Below are positions 19,398 to 27,660 of a stretch of 64,000 nucleotides of DNA, piece by piece (the first letter of the stretch is position 1; every line of letters begins with the position of its first letter). The position numbers and the translations under genes are program-made. The notes below the pieces were generated by a model. The model did not search any database, was not told the origin of the DNA, and saw nothing but the letters and a program-made list of their open reading frames with translations. Origin of the DNA: Parcubacteria group bacterium (lineage in GTDB: Bacteria; Patescibacteriota; Minisyncoccia; Moranbacterales; UBA9337); NCBI GenBank assembly GCA_041662245.1, contig JBAZSW010000001.1, positions 11,714 to 75,713 of the forward strand, read 5' to 3'.

Positions 19398-20588
19398 ATG
19401 CGTAAAAATACAGATACTCAAGAAAAACGGCGGCAACTTGTAAAAATGCTTTATGAGAGTGGAATTTCAATGGCATGGATCGCAGACTGGCTTGGAATAA
19501 ACGCACGTACTGTTTGCAATGATGTCTTAAGGGATAAAATGGTTGCTTTTCAGGGCAAAAAGAAGAAAGAGATCTGGGTTAATGTTTTAGGGAAATATGT
19601 CTCACTTTTCAATAGTGAAGATGTACTTCAAAAAGAGGTGAGTCTTCTTATGGCTGAATGGTTAAATATTAGTCGTATGGATGGAACATTCAAAATTCTT
19701 GATGGTGTCGCTCTTTTCTTGAATCATCCTCAAATTTCAGATCAAGAGAAAGGTTTTCTTGATTTGATCTGGATGCTTAGAGGAAAAGTAGATGTCAAAC
19801 ATCCAGCCAAAGAAGTTTGGGAAGAATATCTCGAGCGGGAACTTTTTCACAAAAAAAAGGTTACTCCAGGATGTACTTATTACGATTTTCTCGGCTATGA
19901 ATCGGGTCCAAAAAATTTGGAAGAATTGATTAGCGGATTCTATCAATTCTGGGCAAATACTCAGCGTCAGAATATTGGAGCGGATTGGACAGATAACCGG
20001 CATGTGAGTGAAGTATTTGATGAAATGTTGGGAACACTAGAATTTCGTCGTGATGAGCAGGTGCTGAGAAAATTATTTGGCATTGGTTGCAAATCATGTA
20101 GTCAAAAAGAAACGGCTAAAGAGTTGGGCATCAACAGTCCTCAGCGAATCGTGCCTATTAAGAAAAGAGCTTTGAGTCAGTTGCGCTTTTCTCCTGAAAA
20201 ACGTAAATTAGAAAAGCTGTATTATTTGCCGGAAAAAACAGTAGACCCAGAAAAAGTGATTGTTGCATTGCGGGCGGAGGTAGCGGAGCTTAAAAGAGAT
20301 ATAAATTGTTCCAAAGAAAAAATTGTCCAAAAAGAAATCTTTGAAAGTCTTTGTTATCGAAGCATTGAGGAGCTTGAATTATCAATTCGATCACTTAATT
20401 GTTGCAGAAATAATGATATTAATCTGATCGGAGAGTTAGTTCAATGCACTGAAGTGCAACTATTGAAAATGAAGAATTTCGGGCGTAAATCATTGCATGA
20501 AATTAAGGCTATTCTTGCAGAAAAAGGTTTAGCGCTTGGGATGAAAATTGAACATTGGCCCGATGAAGAAACGTTTCGGGAGATGTAG
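19398..20588 (+). CDS. DNA-binding protein combining an N-terminal transposase-like HTH, a sigma-70 region-4-like HTH and a C-terminal RNA polymerase alpha-subunit CTD-like domain.
   Basis: The C-terminus [68 protein letters not shown] aligns residue-by-residue with the E. coli RpoA CTD ([66 protein letters not shown]). The middle [40 protein letters not shown] resembles sigma region 4.2. The N-terminus [29 protein letters not shown] is a transposase-like HTH. Good SD (aaaaggag) upstream. Confidence 0.7.
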   Translation: MRKNTDTQEKRRQLVKMLYESGISMAWIADWLGINARTVCNDVLRDKMVAFQGKKKKEIWVNVLGKYVSLFNSEDVLQKEVSLLMAEWLNISRMDGTFKILDGVALFLNHPQISDQEKGFLDLIWMLRGKVDVKHPAKEVWEEYLERELFHKKKVTPGCTYYDFLGYESGPKNLEELISGFYQFWANTQRQNIGADWTDNRHVSEVFDEMLGTLEFRRDEQVLRKLFGIGCKSCSQKETAKELGINSPQRIVPIKKRALSQLRFSPEKRKLEKLYYLPEKTVDPEKVIVALRAEVAELKRDINCSKEKIVQKEIFESLCYRSIEELELSIRSLNCCRNNDINLIGELVQCTEVQLLKMKNFGRKSLHEIKAILAEKGLALGMKIEHWPDEETFREM

Positions 20589-20712
20589 ATATGAAGTTAG
20601 ACTGAATTTTTTTCTTGTTCAAATAACCGTCGAGTAGCTATTCAGTTAGTTCGGCGGTTTTTTTAATATTGACTGCTTAATATTTGACCTATATTATAGA
20701 TAAGTAATGTTT

Positions 20713-20785
20713 GGGCCATTAGCTCATCTGGTAGAGTGCTCCCATGGCATGGGAGAGGTGGCCGGTTCGAGTCCGGCATGGTCCA
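20713..20785 (+). tRNA. tRNA-Ala (anticodon GGC).
   Basis: GGGCCAT acceptor with the G3:U70 identity pair, anticodon stem CTCCC/GGGAG with loop ATGGCAT, T-loop TTCGAGT, discriminator A. CCA is not encoded. Confidence 0.85.
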
Positions 20786-20902
20786 CTGTCCGTAGGAAAT
20801 TTCCAAATCCCAATTTCCAAACAAATATTAAATATCAAATTCCAAATTTAAAAAATAATTCGTTAATGCGTTAACTCGTTAATTAAATAATAAATCAAAA
20901 AT

Positions 20903-21421
20903 ATGAAAACAAATATTTTAATCGCAATTTTATTGGTAGTGGGAGGAATTTTTGTTTATAAATATGTTAATAATTGGGATATTAATTTAGATTCTGGCAA
21001 AGAGGAATCTCAAAATGTTAAAGAGGAAGTAAAAAAAATAGCTAAAGAAGAAAAAACTAATTCACAAGTAAATAATAATGGTAATCAAAAAAATATGGAT
21101 CTAAAAATCGAAACTACCCAAGAGGGAACAGGGGATAGAAAAACAAAAGCAGGAGATGCAATTTCAGTTCACTATACTGGAAAGCTAGCTGACGGAACCA
21201 AATTTGATTCTAGTGTAGATAGGGGAACCCCTTTTGAATTTACAATTGGACAGGGGATGGTTATCGCTGGTTGGGAGAAAGGACTGCTTGATATGAAAGT
21301 GGGAGAAAAAAGAATTTTGACTATTCCTGCCGACATGGGTTATGGAGCCCAAGGAGCAGGCGGAGTAATCCCGCCCAATGCTACATTAATCTTTGAGGTG
21401 GAGCTTGTAGGAATTAAGTAA
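20903..21421 (+). CDS. FKBP-type peptidyl-prolyl cis-trans isomerase with an N-terminal TM anchor.
   Basis: [60 protein letters not shown]...LIFEVELV. Confidence 0.85.
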   Translation: MKTNILIAILLVVGGIFVYKYVNNWDINLDSGKEESQNVKEEVKKIAKEEKTNSQVNNNGNQKNMDLKIETTQEGTGDRKTKAGDAISVHYTGKLADGTKFDSSVDRGTPFEFTIGQGMVIAGWEKGLLDMKVGEKRILTIPADMGYGAQGAGGVIPPNATLIFEVELVGIK

Positions 21422-21461
21422 AAAATAGTTTATAAAGTTTGTAAAGTATTGAAAAATATTT

Positions 21462-21490
21462 TTTGACTTGTGTCAAAAAATATGCTATAC
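21462..21490 (+). promoter_or_regulatory. Near-consensus sigma-70-type promoter: TTGACT, 17-nt spacer, TATACT.
   Basis: Seen directly in the sequence. It is followed by a GC-containing hairpin and a T-run near 21517-21545. Confidence 0.4.
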
Positions 21491-21684
21491 TTAAAGAGTT
21501 AAAAAAACGGGTGTGCCATAAAAAGCCCCGTTTTTTATTTATTTGGAAAAGAATCTAATAAATGTTATACTTTAGTAAAATAACTTGTAACTTAATCTAG
21601 ATTAAATAGCCCAATGCTATAATTTTAGCAGTTTATTCTGTCAGATTGTGGCAACCTAAGCTATTTTATGTGGGAACAAGAAAA

Positions 21685-21978
21685 ATGAAAACAAAAAAAG
21701 AAGAAACGGGGAATGCTTGGAAGGATATGACTCAAGTTTTTGTGTCTAATATCTTGGCTAAAGTAGGGGATAATATTTCTACAAAAATTCAGAATTGGTT
21801 TAACGATATAAAAAGGAGGACTATGGGAGCCTTACTTTCAGTGATAGGTTTGATTTTTGTCTTAGTCTGTTTTTCTCTGTACATTAATACTTTCGTCAGT
21901 GAATCAGCTAACTGGGTAGGTTATGGAGTAGTGGGGATATTGATATTGAGCGCAGGATATTTGTTAAGTAAAAAATAA
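21685..21978 (+). CDS. Hypothetical small membrane protein with two C-terminal TM helices.
   Basis: The track ORF was trimmed to the Met at 21685. LLSVIGLIFVLVCFSLYINTF and VGYGVVGILILSAGYLL are hydrophobic helices. Confidence 0.4.
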   Translation: MKTKKEETGNAWKDMTQVFVSNILAKVGDNISTKIQNWFNDIKRRTMGALLSVIGLIFVLVCFSLYINTFVSESANWVGYGVVGILILSAGYLLSKK

Positions 21979-22032
21979 TTAATTATTAATTTATCTTTTG
22001 TTAAAATAAGGATTTAACAGAGACAAATAAAA

Positions 22033-22317
22033 ATGGATACAAAAGAAGTAAATAAGGAGTTGAAAAAAGAAGTGAAAAAAGTAAAAAAAGTGGTAAACGC
22101 CAATATAGCGAAAGCTAAAGAAACAGGAGCAATGTTAGAAGGCGTAGCAATGAAAGAGTTAAAAAAGATTGAAAAAGAATTAGAATCAACTTCCAAAAAA
22201 GTCGGAATTTACATAAAGAAGAATCCAGAGAAGGCAGCGATGATTGCTGCTGGAATTGGTGCCGCTTTAGGAACAGTGGCTGGATTATTTATGGGAGGTA
22301 CAAAGAAAAAAAAATAA
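22033..22317 (+). CDS. DUF883 (ElaB/YqjD-like) C-tail-anchored small protein.
   Basis: Lys/Glu-rich helical N-terminus and the C-terminal AAMIAAGIGAALGTVAGLFMGG anchor, typical of ElaB/YqjD. Confidence 0.5.
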   Translation: MDTKEVNKELKKEVKKVKKVVNANIAKAKETGAMLEGVAMKELKKIEKELESTSKKVGIYIKKNPEKAAMIAAGIGAALGTVAGLFMGGTKKKK

Positions 22318-22388
22318 TATTCCTCAATGTAATAAAGGAAGTGGCCATAAAATAATTTGGTCACTTTTTGTTTTTGAGAAATGATGTT

Positions 22389-22459
22389 AAAGTCATCAAG
22401 TTAAAAGTCATTGGTCAATGCCCATCAAATGCTGGCTGATTGCGATTGACTGGTGACTT
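22389..22459. repeat. Structured interspersed repeat, family W copy 1 (arms aagtcatc / gatgactt with an internal gatggctgattgc), upstream of uvrB.
   Basis: Shares agtcatcaagtYaaaagtcatYgg ... atgSctgattgcKat.gact with the element at 54591-54660. Confidence 0.6.
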
Positions 22460-22540
22460 GCTGGATAGTTATTTTATGTTATGTTGAAATTTTAGAAAAA
22501 ATGTGGTACTATTTTTTGAAGCTTGCTATAATATTTTTTT

Positions 22541-24499
22541 ATGCCATTTAAAATAAATTCAAAATTTAAGCCTGCGGGAGATCAGCCCCAAGCTATCGAG
22601 AAACTGACGCAGGGAATCAAAAGGGGAAAGAAATTTCAAACGCTTTTGGGTGTGACAGGAAGTGGTAAGACTTTTACTATTGCTAATTTGATTGAAAGAA
22701 TTCAAAAGCCAACGCTAGTAATTGCGCCCAATAAAACTTTAGCTGCTCAATTAACTCAAGAATTTCGAGCTTTTTTCCCCAACAACGCCGTAGAATATTT
22801 TGTTTCTTATTATGATTATTATCAACCCGAGGCTTATATAAGTTCTACTGATACATATATTGAAAAAGAAACTCAGATTAACGACGAAATTGATAAGTTA
22901 AGGCATAGTGCGACAGCTTCAGTCTTATCTCGCAAAGATGTAATTGTGGTAGCAAGCGTTTCTTGTATCTATGGTTTAGGTAGTCCTGCTAGATATGAAG
23001 AAATTACTTTAACCTTAAAAAAGGGTGGTTCATTTACACGTGAAGAAGCGATAAAAGGTTTAATCGGAATGTATTATATGCGCAGTGATATCCTCGAGCG
23101 TGGAAAGTTTCGAGTAATTGGAGAGACAATTGAAATAGTTTCTCCCGGCAGAGAAGTTATCGTCAGAGTGGAGATTGCTAATGACAAAATTCAAAGCATT
23201 TCTGAGAGGGATATGCTTACTCAGGAAAAGATGAGTGATTTAGAAAAAGTGATGATTTTTCCGGCTAAACATTTTGTGATGCCCGAAGAAATAATGGGAG
23301 ACGTTCTAAAAGAAATTGAGAGTGAGATGAAAAAAAGAGTGGCCTATTTCGAGAAAAAAGGAAATATTTTGGAAGCCCAGAGGATTGAAAAAAGAACTAA
23401 ATATGATATTGAGATGATGCGTGAAGTGGGGTATTGCAGTGGAATAGAAAATTATTCCCGTTATCTCAGTGAGCGAAAAGCCGGTGAATCTCCTTATACT
23501 CTAATAGATTATTTTGGGAAAGATTTTCTGATGGTAATTGATGAATCTCATGTCACTATTCCGCAAATTGGAGGAATGTATTTTGGCGATAGATCTAGAA
23601 AAGCTAATCTGGTAGAAAATGGTTTTCGTCTTCCGAGTGCGATGGATAATCGACCATTAAAGTTTACCGAATTTGAAAATAGGATCAATCAAGCTATTCT
23701 GGTGAGTGCTACCCCCTCTAAATACGAAAAAGCTAATTCACCGACAGTGGTAGAACAAATTATCCGTCCTACAGGATTGATTGATCCAGAATTAATTGTA
23801 AGAAGTGCCAAAACCCAAGTCAAAGATGTACTAGAAGAAATAAAAACTGTTTCGGCGCGCGGGGAAAGAATTTTAATTACTACGCTGACAAAAAAACAAT
23901 CCGAAAATTTAGCTGAGTTTCTTAAAGAAAATAAAATTAAATCTAATTACCTTCATTCCGGCGTGGATACCCTAGATAGAATTAAAACTTTGGAAGATTT
24001 GCGACGCGGAAAATTCGATGTATTGGTGGGAGTTAATCTTTTGCGGGAAGGCTTGGATTTGCCGGAAGTTTCTTTGGTGGCAATTTTTGATGCGGATAAA
24101 GAAGGCTTTTTGCGTAGTGAAACATCGCTTATCCAAACTATCGGTCGAGCCGCTCGAAACGTGATGGGGCGGGTGATTCTTTACGCAGATAATATTACTG
24201 GTTCGATGGAAAGGGCGATTCGAGAAACGGAACGAAGACGCACAATTCAAAGAGCTTATAATAAAAAACATCATATCACTCCTAAAACAATTAAGAAAAA
24301 AATTCAATCTATTGTGGACCATGAAATTAATCCAGTCTTATCTAGCGATTTTGTCAGATTGGAAACCTTGGAAGATATTAATGGCTATATAAAACAAAAA
24401 GAAAAAGAAATGAAAGAAGCAGCTAAAAATTTAGAATTCGAGCGAGCGTCAATTATCAGGGACGAAGTTTACGAATTAAGAAAGTTGCGAGTTAAATAA
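22541..24499 (+). CDS. uvrB: Excinuclease ABC subunit B.
   Basis: The N-terminus MPFKINSKFKPAGDQPQAIEKL matches E. coli UvrB. Walker A GVTGSGKT, helicase motifs, C-terminal UVR domain. Confidence 0.92.
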   Translation: MPFKINSKFKPAGDQPQAIEKLTQGIKRGKKFQTLLGVTGSGKTFTIANLIERIQKPTLVIAPNKTLAAQLTQEFRAFFPNNAVEYFVSYYDYYQPEAYISSTDTYIEKETQINDEIDKLRHSATASVLSRKDVIVVASVSCIYGLGSPARYEEITLTLKKGGSFTREEAIKGLIGMYYMRSDILERGKFRVIGETIEIVSPGREVIVRVEIANDKIQSISERDMLTQEKMSDLEKVMIFPAKHFVMPEEIMGDVLKEIESEMKKRVAYFEKKGNILEAQRIEKRTKYDIEMMREVGYCSGIENYSRYLSERKAGESPYTLIDYFGKDFLMVIDESHVTIPQIGGMYFGDRSRKANLVENGFRLPSAMDNRPLKFTEFENRINQAILVSATPSKYEKANSPTVVEQIIRPTGLIDPELIVRSAKTQVKDVLEEIKTVSARGERILITTLTKKQSENLAEFLKENKIKSNYLHSGVDTLDRIKTLEDLRRGKFDVLVGVNLLREGLDLPEVSLVAIFDADKEGFLRSETSLIQTIGRAARNVMGRVILYADNITGSMERAIRETERRRTIQRAYNKKHHITPKTIKKKIQSIVDHEINPVLSSDFVRLETLEDINGYIKQKEKEMKEAAKNLEFERASIIRDEVYELRKLRVK

Positions 24500-24509
24500 G
24501 TGAAATATT

Positions 24510-24870
24510 ATATTATCCGTGCGAGCGAAGCCCAGTTATTCCGCAAACCGAAATTTTACGGGGTGAAAAAGCTAGTGTTATTAGAGATGAGATTTATGAA
24601 TTGAGAAAGATCTCCAAATAAATTTTGAATTTAAAATTTTGAATTTTAATTCAATTTTTAATGTTATAATATTTAATATTTCCTCCTCTCCATCTTTGTG
24701 CTCAAAGGGGGAGATGTCCAGCAGGACAGAGGGGGTTGTTTCCAGTATTCAATGCTCATTTAATATTCAATGATACAATGTTTGATAGGTATGTCATTTC
24801 GACCGAATAAATTTATGCCTGTCATGTTGAATAACATGGTAATCATAAATTTATGCATGGAGAAATCTTA
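24510..24870. repeat. Composite inverted-repeat arm A. It holds a partial U, V (ctcaaagggggagatgtccag) and a full U in reverse (atgtcatttcgaccgaata...gcataaatttatgc).
   Basis: The reverse complement of 24790-24862 aligns with 27261-27332. The V motif is present in the opposite orientation to arm B. Confidence 0.65.
24565..24621 (+). pseudogene. Remnant duplicate of the uvrB 3' end (UVR-domain tail), out of frame and downstream of the real stop.
   Basis: Translates to EKASVIRDEIYELRKISK*, compared with the genuine C-terminus EFERASIIRDEVYELRKLRVK*. It is separated from the uvrB stop by 66 bp carrying a partial family-U repeat. Confidence 0.6.
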
Positions 24871-24952
24871 AGTTTTCAATTGTAGGCAGTTTTGATGGAA
24901 CCATGATTGATAGTATAATAGCCACATTGATATAATAATTCTTATAAAATTT

Positions 24953-25558
24953 ATGAAAGCAGTTGTCTTTGATTTTGATGGTGTAATCCATGATACCTAT
25001 GAATTAGCTTATCAGATAAATGTTGAAATTTTAGGAGGATCTTTGACTCGAGAACAGCATAGAGATTTTTTTAATGGAAACATGTTTGAGCGGGTGATAG
25101 TAGATAAGGAAAAAGAAAAGATAGAAAGTGAAAATTTTTATAAGTTGCAAAATGAAGCATTTAAACATCTTGAAATAGATGAGAATATTAGAAAAAATTT
25201 AGAAAAATTATCTAAAAAATATTCTTTGTTTATAATTTCATCTAATCAGGAAAAAGCCTTAAATAGCTATTTTAAAAATAACAAATTTACACATATTTTT
25301 AAAGAAATACTAGGGTCAGAAACACATCAATCAAAGGTTGAAAAATTTAAGTATTTGTTTGAAAAATATGCCTTGGTTGCTGATGATTGTATTTTTGTTA
25401 CAGATACTCTGGGAGATATTTTGGAAGGAAACAAAGTCGGCGTAAAAACAATTGCAGTTGATTTTGGTTTTCATAAAAGAGATCGGCTTGAAAAAGGTAA
25501 ACCGTTTAAGATAGTTTCTAGCTTTGATGAAATAATAGAAATAATATCGAAGCTGTAA
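24953..25558 (+). CDS. HAD-superfamily hydrolase.
   Basis: Motif I VVFDFDGVIHDT plus downstream HAD motifs (SSNQ; DD near the C-terminus). Confidence 0.75.
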   Translation: MKAVVFDFDGVIHDTYELAYQINVEILGGSLTREQHRDFFNGNMFERVIVDKEKEKIESENFYKLQNEAFKHLEIDENIRKNLEKLSKKYSLFIISSNQEKALNSYFKNNKFTHIFKEILGSETHQSKVEKFKYLFEKYALVADDCIFVTDTLGDILEGNKVGVKTIAVDFGFHKRDRLEKGKPFKIVSSFDEIIEIISKL

Positions 25559-25597
25559 TCCGGGGAATAAATTTTAAAAATAATTAATAAAAAATAT

Positions 25598-26047
25598 ATG
25601 GAAATAAGATCAAAATTGGATTTTCCGGCTGGAGCACTGACCAATTTTGCTCCACATGCTTTTGAAATTGATGATGTAAAATGTGCTTCTATGGAAGGGT
25701 TTTTGCAATCCTTAATAATAGATGACGAGAAAATTCAAAAAGAAATTTGTCAGTTAGTGGGAATTGAAGCCAAAAACTGGGGGATTGCACAAGATGCTGT
25801 TTGGCAAGAAACCCAATGCTTATGGTGGAAAGGCGAGAAATATGATCGCCACGGAAAAGAATATCAGGAGCTTCTTGATAGAGCTTATGCAGAACTTTTC
25901 AAAAACGAAAATTTTAGAAAAGCTCTCTTGGCAACGGGAGATGAAATTTTAACGCATTCAATTGGACACGCTGACCCATATGAAACAATTCTTACTGAGA
26001 AAGAATTTTGCGATAGGTTGATGGAATTGAGAAAAAGAGCAAAGTAA
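25598..26047 (+). CDS. NADAR (YbiA-like, DUF1768) family protein.
   Basis: LTNFAPHAFEIDDVKCASMEGFLQSL, FRKALLATGDEILTHS and DRLMELRKRA align with E. coli YbiA (FSNFAAWPI...SEHYFQAQKF; LRALLLATAPAKLVEHT; LLMELREQL). Confidence 0.75.
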   Translation: MEIRSKLDFPAGALTNFAPHAFEIDDVKCASMEGFLQSLIIDDEKIQKEICQLVGIEAKNWGIAQDAVWQETQCLWWKGEKYDRHGKEYQELLDRAYAELFKNENFRKALLATGDEILTHSIGHADPYETILTEKEFCDRLMELRKRAK

Positions 26048-26174
26048 ATTTCAAATTTTGAATTTCGGTTCAATTTTTAATATTTAATCTAGTATAAATT
26101 CTATTTCTTTTTTAGCAATAAAATTTAAACGGCTACCCATTGGATTTCAACAGGTAGCCGTTTCAGTAAGAAAA

Positions 26175-26534
26175 CTATTTGGTTTCTGATTGGATGAGTT
26201 GGCAGACCTCCTCTTTAAATATCAACCATCGCATAAATATAGGGCTTACATGTTCCGTCCACCATTGTGCTGCGTCAGGGCTTTTTTCTTTCAATATTTG
26301 TATGGCGATAGATGTTTCAACGGGATATCCATTTGGATTTTCCGCTTTACCACCGAGTACCCCCATTGCAATCGTATGAGTTGGCAAGTTCTCTGCAACT
26401 GGCATGACGAGTCCGATCCATGCTTTTCTTACCCACTCAGGTGCTTGACCGGGGGGAACATCAATAATTTTTTTCTTGTGCCACGGTGTACCTCCTATTG
26501 TTTGTTTGTGAGGGACTATTCCTTCTAAAAACAC
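26175..26534 (-). CDS. Hypothetical protein in a GC-richer segment (roughly 45% GC by eye).
   Basis: 119-aa ORF with a GTG start and protein-like composition. The overlapping + strand ORFs are Cys/Trp-rich and look spurious. Confidence 0.4.
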   Translation of the reverse strand: MFLEGIVPHKQTIGGTPWHKKKIIDVPPGQAPEWVRKAWIGLVMPVAENLPTHTIAMGVLGGKAENPNGYPVETSIAIQILKEKSPDAAQWWTEHVSPIFMRWLIFKEEVCQLIQSETK

Positions 26535-26590
26535 TCTTTAATCTTTTGAAATAGTATAAAGTCTAAACTGTAATTTTGCAAATTATTATT

Positions 26591-26648
26591 TTTTTTCAAA
26601 GAGTGTCACTTTTGTCCACGTGGACAAAAGTGACACTAATTTTTTTTG
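26591..26648. terminator. 36-bp perfect palindrome (AGTGTCACTTTTGTCCAC|GTGGACAAAAGTGACACT) flanked by T6 and T8 runs. Likely a bidirectional terminator, possibly an operator.
   Basis: Perfect dyad at 26602-26637 seen directly in the sequence. Confidence 0.55.
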
Positions 26649-26985
26649 AAATAGATTTTTATTGCTTTTTGTTTTTGGATATGTTTAGATAGGGTTAGCT
26701 ATTTTTATAAAGTTTTTTTGGTGATTCGGCTATAGTAGAATACTCTAACTAAGAAGGAGGGTGTTTTAATGAAAAAAATCTTGCATTATGCATCATATCA
26801 ATTTTGTTGACTGCTGGCGGAGGGTTGATAGTGGGACTGAGTGACCAAGATGCTCTTGGTGTAGTTCTTGTTGTAGCGGGTTTTGCAGGTATATTTTTTT
26901 CTTTCTATAGAGAATATTGGAGAATGGCATATGATGAATCTGATGAAATGTCCCAAGAAATCGATTCATAAGGAGGAAAGTGCTT

Positions 26986-27153
26986 ATGTGCTGGAGAGAT
27001 AATATCAGCAGAGCAAGAATGTGCTCACTTTGCGGTCAAGAATATTATGGAGATCTCGGGCATAGAAATTGCCCAGCTCTCGAGAAGGAAGAAGAGCCAG
27101 AGGAAAAAGTTATCAAACTTAATAAAGATTTCTGGAGGGAATTCTACGAGTGA
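26986..27153 (+). CDS. Hypothetical 55-aa Cys-containing (CxxC...C) small protein.
   Basis: Strong SD aggagg 9 nt upstream of the ATG. MCWRDNISRARMCSLCGQEYYGDLGHRNCP. GC-richer segment. An alternative-frame track ORF 27047..27229 has no SD. Confidence 0.3.
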   Translation: MCWRDNISRARMCSLCGQEYYGDLGHRNCPALEKEEEPEEKVIKLNKDFWREFYE

Positions 27154-27249
27154 TGAAAAATTGTGGCATTCATTTGCCCTGGTGGAAAGAGTTTTGCGCT
27201 CACCATTGGGGCATTTTTTTATTTTATAATTTATAAATTTTAAATTCTA

Positions 27250-27600
27250 GATCTCTCCACGCATAAATTTCCGAGTACCCCAGTTATTCAACGGGGCACG
27301 CAGAAATTTATTTGGTCGAGATGACATATTTTTTAATATGGGTAATTGAAACTAACCCTCTCTATTTTTTGGACATTTCCCCCTTTGAAAAGGGGGAGAG
27401 GGGAAACTTATTGAATATTGCAACATTGAAAATTGATTGGAAATTGGGATTTGGGATTTGGAAATTGCTTAAAGGGTGACATTTCTAAGAAAATGGTATA
27501 ATATAGGTAGACGATAATAGTTGATTGTCATTGCGAATTAGCTAGATTTCTCCACTCCTATTTTTTTGAGTACAAAAAATTATCCGGTCGAAATGACATA
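27250..27600. repeat. Composite inverted-repeat arm B. It holds a full U in forward orientation, V in reverse (ttggacatttccccctttgaaaaggggga) and a partial U in forward orientation (ggtcgaaatgacata).
   Basis: See arm A. The motif ggtcgaRatgacata appears at 27314 and 27584, and its reverse complement at 24797. Confidence 0.65.
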
Positions 27601-27660
27601 GTGAGTAAGGGCGAGATGATAGAGCATAAAGTCGAGATGACAAACGATAATGTTAAATAT

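Noticed and set aside
26190-26528. Plus-strand ORFs (26179..26379, 26190..26528) opposite the 119-aa minus-strand ORF.
   Set aside because: The translations are Cys/Trp/Phe-rich and look like antisense artefacts. The minus-strand product looks protein-like.
27047-27229. Track ORF 27047..27229.
   Set aside because: No ribosome-binding site. An overlapping small ORF at 26986..27153 in another frame has a strong SD and a CxxC motif. Both are low confidence.
24510-27600. Classic IS element or composite transposon annotation.
   Set aside because: No transposase, integrase or recombinase ORF lies between or near the inverted repeats. Reported as a repeat-bounded segment of unknown mobility instead.
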